NCBI GenBank assembly: GCA_001774685.1
Contig: MFAS01000001.1
Span: 415,557-479,556, forward strand
Origin: Candidatus Collierbacteria bacterium RIFOXYD2_FULL_45_13
GTDB taxonomy: Bacteria; Patescibacteriota; Microgenomatia; UBA1400; MFAQ01
DNA length: 64,000 nucleotides
Direction of reading: 5' to 3'
Shown: in pieces, positions 54,591-62,151 of the stretch
Layout: each line of letters opens with the position of its first letter
Position numbering within the stretch: position 1 is the first letter of the stretch
Made by a program: the position numbers and the translations under genes
The notes under the pieces: generated by a model
What the model was told of the DNA's origin: nothing
What the model saw: only the letters and a program-made list of their open reading frames with translations
Database searches by the model: none

Positions 54591-55739
54591 TTAGCTCCAG
54601 ACCCTTCCTTCCTCATATTCTTCCCCAAAATAATAATGAGGAATTACCTCCAACTCCGGCGCCGATTTTTCTCTTTTCAACAGTTCTTCAGTTAGCGCTC
54701 GATAAAAACCAACCACAGCCGGCTGGAATCCAGTCTGGAAGAAGGCGATTCGATAGATCCCCTCACTCCGTAATTTTTCGAAAATTTCTTTCGCTCTTAC
54801 ATAAGCCGCCTCATCCGATTCTGCGGCTGTTTTCCCGATGGAGATTTCCTGGTTTCGGAAGAAATACACCTTCACCACCTCGTCCATTTCATGATGCCTT
54901 CCGCTCATCATTCCCACGTTTAAGATGGGATGTTTGGACAAAGCCTTCAGTTTTTCACTTCTAAACTTAAGACAGCGGATCGGTAATGGTTTGCCTTTCG
55001 ATCCGTCAGCGTAAATTACCGGTAAATACATCGGTCTTCCACCTTGATATACAAATTCGCGCAGTATCTCGGTAATGACATTGTGTGCCAGATCACTAAA
55101 ATTGACACCCGTCTGAATTCCTTTCTCCATATCAGCGATCACGGTGTTGATCTGATTCCTGAGGGCCATGAACGAGTTAACGTCTTTGGCGGAGGTAATC
55201 TTGTCGCTCACAGGAATTGATAAAAATTTAGATATCAGTCCGTCTTCGGGATTTACCTCTGCATCTTCGGTAATCAGCTGCTCTTGCAGTTCCAGTATGT
55301 GTAACTTATTTTTTTCGGCATCACGATAGAAGCGTATTTTTTCTTGTATTTCTTTCCGGTCGGAAACGCCTGCCCGCTTTACCAGGTTTTCGAACAGACT
55401 GATCTGCTCGGTGATTTTGGACCATGGACAGAAGTTGGCCGATACTCTAGCGGACCTGAATTCAACAGGGAAACGTGCCTGTATTTGCAGCAGAAGTTCA
55501 AAATACTCGATTCCCAACTCCACTGACCGAACCGATTTATTCATACCGATAAAACTACCCAAGTATTCCATTCGGTCACACAGGATATGATAACGCCGCT
55601 GTTCATCATCGGGGTTTACCCCCTTCCTCAAACGCTCTTCGATCTTGAGGGCTTTAGACATCAGTACCCTCAAGTCAAGCCTCTCGACGAGGCATGCATC
55701 ATCAGGAACGGCAATCAGCTTTATGGAAGTTTTCATCAT
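54591..55739 (-). CDS. Hypothetical protein (operon gene 3, 382 aa)
   Basis: No recognisable motif. Start overlaps the stop of gene 2 (4 nt). Confidence 0.5.
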   Translation of the reverse strand: MMKTSIKLIAVPDDACLVERLDLRVLMSKALKIEERLRKGVNPDDEQRRYHILCDRMEYLGSFIGMNKSVRSVELGIEYFELLLQIQARFPVEFRSARVSANFCPWSKITEQISLFENLVKRAGVSDRKEIQEKIRFYRDAEKNKLHILELQEQLITEDAEVNPEDGLISKFLSIPVSDKITSAKDVNSFMALRNQINTVIADMEKGIQTGVNFSDLAHNVITEILREFVYQGGRPMYLPVIYADGSKGKPLPIRCLKFRSEKLKALSKHPILNVGMMSGRHHEMDEVVKVYFFRNQEISIGKTAAESDEAAYVRAKEIFEKLRSEGIYRIAFFQTGFQPAVVGFYRALTEELLKREKSAPELEVIPHYYFGEEYEEGRVWS

Positions 55740-56890
55740 TGCCGCGTTCTCCTTCCTGTTTCCAAACGACGGATTGCCTCTTTGTCCAAACTCGTCATAC
55801 TATCCGGCGCCAACATCAAATACACACCCTCCTTTTTTAATTGGCTGATAATCTGAGTTTGAAAGGCGAGGGATACATCTTCAAAGTCACGAGGAACTAG
55901 ATAGAAGACCATGGTAGTAGCGTCTTTTCGGTACTTGGCAATCAGTTTTTTCAAACTTCCCAAATCGTTCAGAAAATATTTTTGAATTTCTCCATCCGAC
56001 CTGGCTCGGACCAGTACCACCATGCGCTGGCCGGCAGAGAGCATTTTATTCTCATCGATCCACGGAATCATTAGTTCAGTGTCGGCATGATATATTTTGG
56101 CAAAATAAACCGAGTCAAAATCAATAGCCAGAGGGGATTCTTCATCTTCCGACTCCACGATTTGACCACCTTCAAACAGCTCGGTTCTGAGCAGTTTTCT
56201 ATCCAGCACTCCTCCCAAGATCGCCGATCCGGCTACTCGTAGGTCGTTGAGATACAAGTGTCTGTCTTCAGGATCCGAGGCACTTTGTAGCAACCTCTCC
56301 GGGTGACGGCTGCCGAGAATAATAGATTCTGCTTCCGACAAACTCCAGACTCCTCCCATTATCAAGAAACATACTCTCTCTGGAGAAATTAGTTTATCTA
56401 CTGCCATCTTCATAATCTTTTCTTTGGCTGTCTGAGAAAATCCGGCCAGACCAAGATACAATTGTCGTGCTTCAAAAGGCGTAATATGGCCTTCAAAAAC
56501 ATGTTTGAGCTTGACACCCATCTCGATAGCTAGGTCGCAAATGTAGGCAGGAACCCGGCCACCCTCGACATTCGAAGTAAAGACGATTTCCATCGACCCG
56601 CCACATTTGTAGCTTTCGGAAAGTAAAAAACCCAGAGCTACTTTTGCTCCGCTGTTTTCTACATACTGCGGGGGGTTGGCAATCAGACAGACGTCGACCT
56701 CTAGAAAGTTTCCTTTGCGGTTATGTTTAACCACCAAGAGCGAAAAAACAATATCTCTTGAACACCAGCGGTAAGGCCGATAGTCAAAGTTTTTTGGCAG
56801 CTTATTTCTTTTCCGGAACGAATTCTCATAATCGGTTACATGTTTCTTAAATGCTTCAAGACCATGCAGAACCTCTTCGGTTGTCGGCAT
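55736..56890 (-). CDS. Hypothetical protein (operon gene 2, 384 aa)
   Basis: No recognisable motif. Confidence 0.5.
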   Translation of the reverse strand: MPTTEEVLHGLEAFKKHVTDYENSFRKRNKLPKNFDYRPYRWCSRDIVFSLLVVKHNRKGNFLEVDVCLIANPPQYVENSGAKVALGFLLSESYKCGGSMEIVFTSNVEGGRVPAYICDLAIEMGVKLKHVFEGHITPFEARQLYLGLAGFSQTAKEKIMKMAVDKLISPERVCFLIMGGVWSLSEAESIILGSRHPERLLQSASDPEDRHLYLNDLRVAGSAILGGVLDRKLLRTELFEGGQIVESEDEESPLAIDFDSVYFAKIYHADTELMIPWIDENKMLSAGQRMVVLVRARSDGEIQKYFLNDLGSLKKLIAKYRKDATTMVFYLVPRDFEDVSLAFQTQIISQLKKEGVYLMLAPDSMTSLDKEAIRRLETGRRTRQ

Positions 56891-56899
56891 ATTCTCTCC

Positions 56900-57376
56900 T
56901 CATCTTAGTTGTGTTACATCAACGAGCTGAGATTCCGGGTCGATATGAATTACCAAGAACTCAACATTAGCCGCTCCAACCCGAAGAATTTCTTCTCCGA
57001 TCATTGCATTGGCAGCCGAATAGAAACTAGAAGTTGGGTCACACATCAGGGTGGCTTTGTACTCTACCCACTCGACAGACCCTTCCCGTCCGTGAACTGT
57101 ATCTTTCAAAGATGCCACTCCGGAAGACTTGGTGGCCTTTGCCTCCACTATTACGAGCTTACCGGCTCCATCTCGAAACACGTTGTCATAGCCATGAATT
57201 TTTTTGTCAAATCGCTCTGTTCCCAAATTTAGTTCTTTGACAGCGTGCTCCGTAGCCATTTGTTCTCCCAGATCACCCTGCCAGATGTTTCCATATCTCT
57301 GGACAGTATTTAAGACAACCAAAGCAATATAACCCGCATCTTCTTCGGTCGGAATTTTTCCGCAGCATTGGGACAT
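56900..57376 (-). CDS. Mrr-like PD-(D/E)xK nuclease-domain protein (operon gene 1, 158 aa)
   Basis: 'HGYDNVFRDGAGKLVIVEAK' closely parallels 'HEIDVVAKKETKQFFIECK' of the ATP-cone/Mrr protein at 5070. Same D...(E)xK core spacing. Confidence 0.45.
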   Translation of the reverse strand: MSQCCGKIPTEEDAGYIALVVLNTVQRYGNIWQGDLGEQMATEHAVKELNLGTERFDKKIHGYDNVFRDGAGKLVIVEAKATKSSGVASLKDTVHGREGSVEWVEYKATLMCDPTSSFYSAANAMIGEEILRVGAANVEFLVIHIDPESQLVDVTQLR

Positions 57377-57470
57377 ATAGGCTCCTTTTTCTAACCCTAG
57401 TTTTCAAAGTTCATCTACGCTTATGGATGAATTCTACCACCACGTAGGTTCAAAATGATAAAATATTTTT

Positions 57471-58064
57471 ATGGATCAGCAAATACACGTTAAGGCCCAA
57501 ACTCTCTACGGGTTAGCAAGACAAGCTGGCCTCATCACCTCAGAACCCTTTTCCACTGTTTTTTCCCAAGAAATACTCCGGGGAATTTCGGAGATGTTAG
57601 ACCGTGAGAGGACCTTTCTAATTCACTCAAAACCAAAGACCGAAGATCCAGAAAAGCTTTGGAAGGAGGGAATTGATCTCAAGATTTCCGAGTTAGTTGC
57701 TCAGGAGTTGCTAGATTTTCTCCAAAACATTCACAAGGCCTTTAGTGTTGCTTACGACCAGCCTGTCGAGGATGTTGTTTTCAATTTCCGCACTGTCTCC
57801 GAAGATCTCAGCATTTCGGACTTAGGTGAAAAGCAAGAAAACGGCAAGTGGTTTCAAGGTATGAAAATTGATGAAGAAACTTTTTGGTACCTGGCCGATG
57901 AGCCGGCTCTGGTCCAGGACACCCTCCATGATATAAATCAAAAGCTCTCTCCTCTTTCCAAGGGCATCCTGCGTGCAGACTTCCGAGATCAGGATCAATA
58001 TGTCGTCATTGATCTAAAACATCTCCCTGAATTTGAAAAATTTGGTTTTTCCTCGGTATCGTGA
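57471..58064 (+). CDS. Hypothetical protein (divergent from the 3-gene operon)
   Basis: 197 aa. No motif. Confidence 0.45.
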   Translation: MDQQIHVKAQTLYGLARQAGLITSEPFSTVFSQEILRGISEMLDRERTFLIHSKPKTEDPEKLWKEGIDLKISELVAQELLDFLQNIHKAFSVAYDQPVEDVVFNFRTVSEDLSISDLGEKQENGKWFQGMKIDEETFWYLADEPALVQDTLHDINQKLSPLSKGILRADFRDQDQYVVIDLKHLPEFEKFGFSSVS

Positions 58065-58136
58065 TAATATATTCTTGAGATCAGCCCGTATCGCGTAACT
58101 TCTGTTACGTGACTAGGTTGATCTCAATTTCTTTCA

Positions 58137-58165
58137 AAACTGCCTATTGACACTGGTTTCATTGT
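58137..58165 (+). promoter_or_regulatory. Sigma70-type promoter TTGACA-17-TACAAT
   Basis: TTGACA at 58137-58142 and TACAAT at 58160-58165, upstream of the 58297 gene. Confidence 0.45.
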
Positions 58166-58296
58166 AACTTACAATCATAAATAGTCGAGAACGCAAGTTT
58201 TCGATCAGAGATACTAGCAATAGTAAATCGGAAAAAGGCTCCGCAAGGAGTTCTTTTTCTTTATATACCCCTCCATTCTGTTATAGTTGGTATAAA

Positions 58297-59196
58297 GTGA
58301 AACAAATCCTGCCCGTGTTGTTTCTTTTTCTGTTGTTCTTCCTTATATCTCCTCCTCACACACTTGCAGTTTCCTTCACTATTGATAATCCCGTCAGAGA
58401 AGGGGATTACTATATCGTCGATGCCAGCGTTTCCGGGATCTCTTCCTCCTCAGCTTACGTCTTTGGTATGTTTACCAACAAGGACAATCCTGATTATTTC
58501 GGTTTCACTTGGGGTCAGAAAGAAGATTGGGTCGAGTATCAATCCACCACCAAAGAGTTTATTTCGGCCAATTTACCCATTCTTTTGAGGGACACACTTC
58601 AAAAAATTTGGATCAAACCAAACTATCAAAACCCAGGTTACAAAGGACCGGGTGATTACTATCTGAAACTCAAACGATACACCGGCTCGTCCGACGGGTC
58701 AGCTGGTGATTCAAATGTACTAACCATCCATCTTATGGAGACCACCCCAACTCCAACGCCCACCGAAGAAAGTACCACCACTCTTACTCCAACTCAGACT
58801 TCCACTCCTACTACAAGCTCAGTCCAAGAGCCGACTGTTACTTTGAATCCTACCAAGACTCCTACACCAACGGCCATTAAAACCCCTACCCCAACTCCTC
58901 TTAAAACATCCACTCCTACCAAAACACTCACACCCACCCCGCCCGTCATTGCGAACCCCACTTTAGTGGGGCGTGGCAATCTCACTCCACCCGATTCCTC
59001 TCGCTCCTCCATTCTCGGCATGTCAACCGCGTCTGCGTCTCCGGATGTCATCATTGCGAGGAGCGGAAGTGACGCGGCAATCTCAAATTCAAGAAGTGCT
59101 TTCAACGCTTCAAATCTCAAATACACCTTTATTTTTGGGGTCATCATCACCTCACTTTCCGGAGGTGTCCTGTATTTTAGACACCGGAACGTCTAA
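58297..59196 (+). CDS. Secreted PT-rich surface protein with C-terminal TM anchor (contains two in-frame repeat copies)
   Basis: Signal peptide 'ILPVLFLFLLFFLISPPHTLA', TPTPT linker, C-terminal TM 'FIFGVIITSLSGGVLYF'. Repeat copies F and G are translated as 'PPVIANPTLVGRGNLTPP' and 'DVIIARSGSDAAIS'. Confidence 0.55.
   Translation: MKQILPVLFLFLLFFLISPPHTLAVSFTIDNPVREGDYYIVDASVSGISSSSAYVFGMFTNKDNPDYFGFTWGQKEDWVEYQSTTKEFISANLPILLRDTLQKIWIKPNYQNPGYKGPGDYYLKLKRYTGSSDGSAGDSNVLTIHLMETTPTPTPTEESTTTLTPTQTSTPTTSSVQEPTVTLNPTKTPTPTAIKTPTPTPLKTSTPTKTLTPTPPVIANPTLVGRGNLTPPDSSRSSILGMSTASASPDVIIARSGSDAAISNSRSAFNASNLKYTFIFGVIITSLSGGVLYFRHRNV
58945..58990. repeat. Dispersed repeat copy F (inside CDS)
   Basis: GTCATTGCGA at 58945-58954, internal CCCCAC-TTTA-GTGGGG, right motif GGCAATCTCACTCCAC at 58975-58990. 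Confidence 0.8.
59050..59085. repeat. Dispersed repeat copy G (degenerate, inside CDS)
   Basis: ATCATTGCGAGGAGCGGAAGTGACGCGGCAATCTCA. Confidence 0.6.
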
Positions 59197-59206
59197 AATA
59201 ACCTTT

Positions 59207-59596
59207 ATGAAGAAATTTTTTCATAGATACCTTCCGGTAGTCCTTTGGATGCTCCTTATTTTTCTGATGTCTTCAAAGTCTGATTTGCCGGTGAATGGCA
59301 CCATCACCGAAGACTTTCTTTCTAAGAAGCTAGCTCACATCTTCGAATACGCCGTGCTCATGTTCTTTATGTTTCGGGCGGTGGGAGAGAAAAGCCCCGC
59401 CAGAGCTTTCCTCTACTCACTCGTTTTTGCCTTTACCGATGAGATTCACCAGCTCTTTATACCCACCAGAACCGGTAAACTTCGCGACGTAGGGATTGAC
59501 TCGATAGGTTTGATCTTAGCTTCAATTTCAATTATCAAACTCTCTACATGGAACAGCTTTTTGTTAGTTCATCCACTGAAGAAACTCAAGAAATAG
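59207..59596 (+). CDS. VanZ-family membrane protein
   Basis: Start set at MKKFFHRYLPVV. 'FAFTDEIHQLFIPTRTGKLRDVGIDSIGLILA' is the VanZ signature. The ORF-track N-terminal extension overlaps the previous gene. Confidence 0.65.
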   Translation: MKKFFHRYLPVVLWMLLIFLMSSKSDLPVNGTITEDFLSKKLAHIFEYAVLMFFMFRAVGEKSPARAFLYSLVFAFTDEIHQLFIPTRTGKLRDVGIDSIGLILASISIIKLSTWNSFLLVHPLKKLKK

Positions 59597-59985
59597 CCTC
59601 CCGCCTCGCCACCAAATTGGAACAGGGGACTACTGTCTGTCTTTATGGAAATCTGGCGGCAGGTAAAACTACCTTTACCCAAGGACTGGCTGCATTCTTC
59701 CGGATTCCTCGTCTGGTCTCACCTACTTTTATCATCATGCGCCAGTACCCAGTAACCTCACACCCTGTGATCAAGACCCTCAATCATCTAGACCTCTATC
59801 GTCTCAATTCCGTCGAGGAGATCAAGGCGTTTGACGTCGAAGAAATCTGGTCCGATCCCAGCAACTTACTCATCATCGAATGGCCGGAAAAATTTGTGGA
59901 CATTCTTCCTCACAAAAGAATCGACATCTTCCTCAAAGCCACCACCGATGACGAACGCGAAATAAAAATCATTACTCACTGGTAA
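59548..59985 (+). CDS. tsaE: tRNA threonylcarbamoyladenosine biosynthesis ATPase TsaE
   Basis: 'CLYGNLAAGKTTFTQGLA' P-loop. Size and pattern typical of YjeE/TsaE. Confidence 0.8.
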   Translation: MEQLFVSSSTEETQEIASRLATKLEQGTTVCLYGNLAAGKTTFTQGLAAFFRIPRLVSPTFIIMRQYPVTSHPVIKTLNHLDLYRLNSVEEIKAFDVEEIWSDPSNLLIIEWPEKFVDILPHKRIDIFLKATTDDEREIKIITHW

Positions 59986-60023
59986 CTTGATTGCATTATC
60001 CGAGTATATAATGAGGTACAAAT

Positions 60024-60407
60024 ATGTCATTACTTCCTGAAATAGAAACCGGTTCCCATCATAATATTAGTTATTCGCGCTATCAAGAACTAGGAGGAAT
60101 TATCAATGAAGATGATTACCGGAGTGTCCTAGAGCGAGCAGCTCGGACCCATGTAACGACCGAATCATTAATTAGTCAAGCAAAATACACCGCCAGACCG
60201 GCCGGTATAGATCTGAGTAAGATCGAAGGTGGTCCCGATGGAATAATAAATCTATATGGGGTTCTCCGCACCGACATAAATCCTGGAGCTGTCCACCACC
60301 ACGGCCAAATGTCTGATCAAAGGTTATTTGTTGAGGCTCTCAGAATGCTCGACTACCCCGACTTATTGGAAAAAGTGATTAGTGTATACCCCAACATTGA
60401 TTTCTAA
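60024..60407 (+). CDS. Hypothetical protein
   Basis: 127 aa. No motif. Confidence 0.4.
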   Translation: MSLLPEIETGSHHNISYSRYQELGGIINEDDYRSVLERAARTHVTTESLISQAKYTARPAGIDLSKIEGGPDGIINLYGVLRTDINPGAVHHHGQMSDQRLFVEALRMLDYPDLLEKVISVYPNIDF

Positions 60408-60425
60408 TAACTTCATCCGAACTTA

Positions 60426-60764
60426 ATGAAACTTTTTTTGGACTCCACCGACAACACCCGAGTTCTCGTCCGTTTGGATAATAAAGAATTTGTAAATCAT
60501 GTCGATTCACCGCGCAATCAAGATGTTTTTGGTTTTCTTCTTTCTTGTGTGGAAATAGAAAATCTTAAGCAGGAAGATATTACCGAGGTCGAGGTCAACT
60601 GTGGACCAGGCTCCTTCACCGGTACTCGTATCGGTGTGTCCATTGCTAACGCTCTCGGTTTTGCTTTGGGCATCCCAATCAATGGCCAAAAGAATCCCGT
60701 CGAACCCATCTATTCCTCTGCTCCCAGCATCACTCCTTCCAAACAAACTAAGGTTTCGATTTGA
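60426..60764 (+). CDS. TsaB-like (YeaZ N-terminal half) protein
   Basis: 'GPGSFTGTRIGVSIANALGFALGIP' matches the TsaB/Kae1 ASKHA motif. Only 112 aa, so truncated relative to canonical TsaB. Confidence 0.6.
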   Translation: MKLFLDSTDNTRVLVRLDNKEFVNHVDSPRNQDVFGFLLSCVEIENLKQEDITEVEVNCGPGSFTGTRIGVSIANALGFALGIPINGQKNPVEPIYSSAPSITPSKQTKVSI

Positions 60765-60795
60765 CCAAGATCATCTTTTCCGTTATGCTTTTCTC

Positions 60796-62085
60796 ATGAA
60801 GAAAGCAATTAATTTTGTTCTATCGCTCGCATCCGGACTTCTGATCACCAGCTCGATGACTTTAATGGTCAGAGCTCAGGGCCGTGATGGAGTAACTAAC
60901 GGAAACATCCCCGATTCATATATAGTAGTTTTCCATGAAAACGTCACTGCTCCAGAAGAGCACGCAAATGGAATGGCCCGTAAATATGGATTGGGTCTAA
61001 CCTACATATACAGTCATGCCATCAAAGGTTTTTCGGCGACTATTCCTGCCGTCAGGCTTGAACAGATCAAAAAAGATCCCTCGGTAAAATTTATTAGCCA
61101 AGATCGGATGGTTTCAGCTGATGTCCATGTACAAGGCAAACCGAATCCATCACCGGTTCCCCAACCTACGCAAGTTATCCCTAACGGTATCAAGCGAATA
61201 GGCAGGAATACCACCGATTTGGGAACAAATATCGGCGTTGCCGTTATCGATACCGGCATCGATCTCAAACATCCCGACCTGATTGAAAATATTAAGGGAA
61301 ACATCACCTGTGTGAACAGAACGACTACCGGTAATGACGATAATGGACACGGTACACATGTTGCCGGTACTATCGCCGCCAGAGATAATGCTATTGGAGT
61401 GATCGGTGTCGCTCCCGAGGCCAATCTCTACGCTGTAAAAGTTCTGGACAAAAGAGGTAGTGGTTCTTGGTCATCCGTCATTTGCGGCATCGACTGGGTC
61501 ACGAAATGGGTCAAGGATCACCCAAACACTATTCAAGTAGCCAATATGAGTCTTGGCGGTAGTGGTAATAGCGACAAAAACTGTGGCAATACTGATGGTG
61601 ATGCTCTTCACCAAGCCATTTGTAGATCAAGAGATGCAGGTATTACTTATGTTGTCGCCGCCGGAAACGAAAAAGATGATGCGGCCAACCATGTCCCTGC
61701 GGCTTACGACGATGCGGTTATTACGGTCTCGGCACTTGTGGACACCGATGGTTTGTCGGGAGGTTTGGGGAGTAATACCAACTATGGTAACGACGACACT
61801 TTTGCTTCTTTTAGTAACTTTAGTCCCATCATCGTAGATCTGGGTGCTCCCGGAGTTTCCATTCACTCGACCTGGAAAGGGGGAGCTTACAATACTATTA
61901 GTGGTACCAGTATGGCCACACCTCACGTTGCCGGTGCCGCCGCACTATATATATTGAACAATCCCCAGTCATCTTGGGTCGACGTCAAAGATGGTCTGAT
62001 CAGCTCGGGTGAAGCCAACGGTTTTGGCCACACAGATCCCTCCCTTTTACATCCAGAAGTGGTTCTTCGTGCGGGAAATTTATAG
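60796..62085 (+). CDS. Subtilisin-like serine protease (S8) with I9 propeptide
   Basis: Start at MKKAINFVLSLASG (signal peptide). Asp 'VAVIDTGID', His 'HGTHVAGTIAA', Ser 'GTSMATPHVAG'. The ORF-track start at 60601 overlaps tsaB. Confidence 0.85.
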   Translation: MKKAINFVLSLASGLLITSSMTLMVRAQGRDGVTNGNIPDSYIVVFHENVTAPEEHANGMARKYGLGLTYIYSHAIKGFSATIPAVRLEQIKKDPSVKFISQDRMVSADVHVQGKPNPSPVPQPTQVIPNGIKRIGRNTTDLGTNIGVAVIDTGIDLKHPDLIENIKGNITCVNRTTTGNDDNGHGTHVAGTIAARDNAIGVIGVAPEANLYAVKVLDKRGSGSWSSVICGIDWVTKWVKDHPNTIQVANMSLGGSGNSDKNCGNTDGDALHQAICRSRDAGITYVVAAGNEKDDAANHVPAAYDDAVITVSALVDTDGLSGGLGSNTNYGNDDTFASFSNFSPIIVDLGAPGVSIHSTWKGGAYNTISGTSMATPHVAGAAALYILNNPQSSWVDVKDGLISSGEANGFGHTDPSLLHPEVVLRAGNL

Positions 62086-62103
62086 CATTTCCCTTAGTGT
62101 CTG
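62083..62103 (+). terminator. Terminator-like hairpin after S8 protease
   Basis: GGGAAAT-TTATAGC-ATTTCCC followed by a T-moderate tract. Confidence 0.4.
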
Positions 62104-62151
62104 CGTTTTCATCTTGACGTAGCTTATAATCCATGCGACAATCGCATCATA

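Noticed and set aside
58973-59206. N-terminal 78 codons of ORF 58973-59596
   Set aside because: They overlap the C-terminus of the 58297 gene and include repeat copies F and G. The real VanZ gene starts at Met 59207.
60601-60795. N-terminal 65 codons of ORF 60601-62085
   Set aside because: They overlap the tsaB-like gene in another frame. The S8 protease starts at the signal-peptide Met at 60796.
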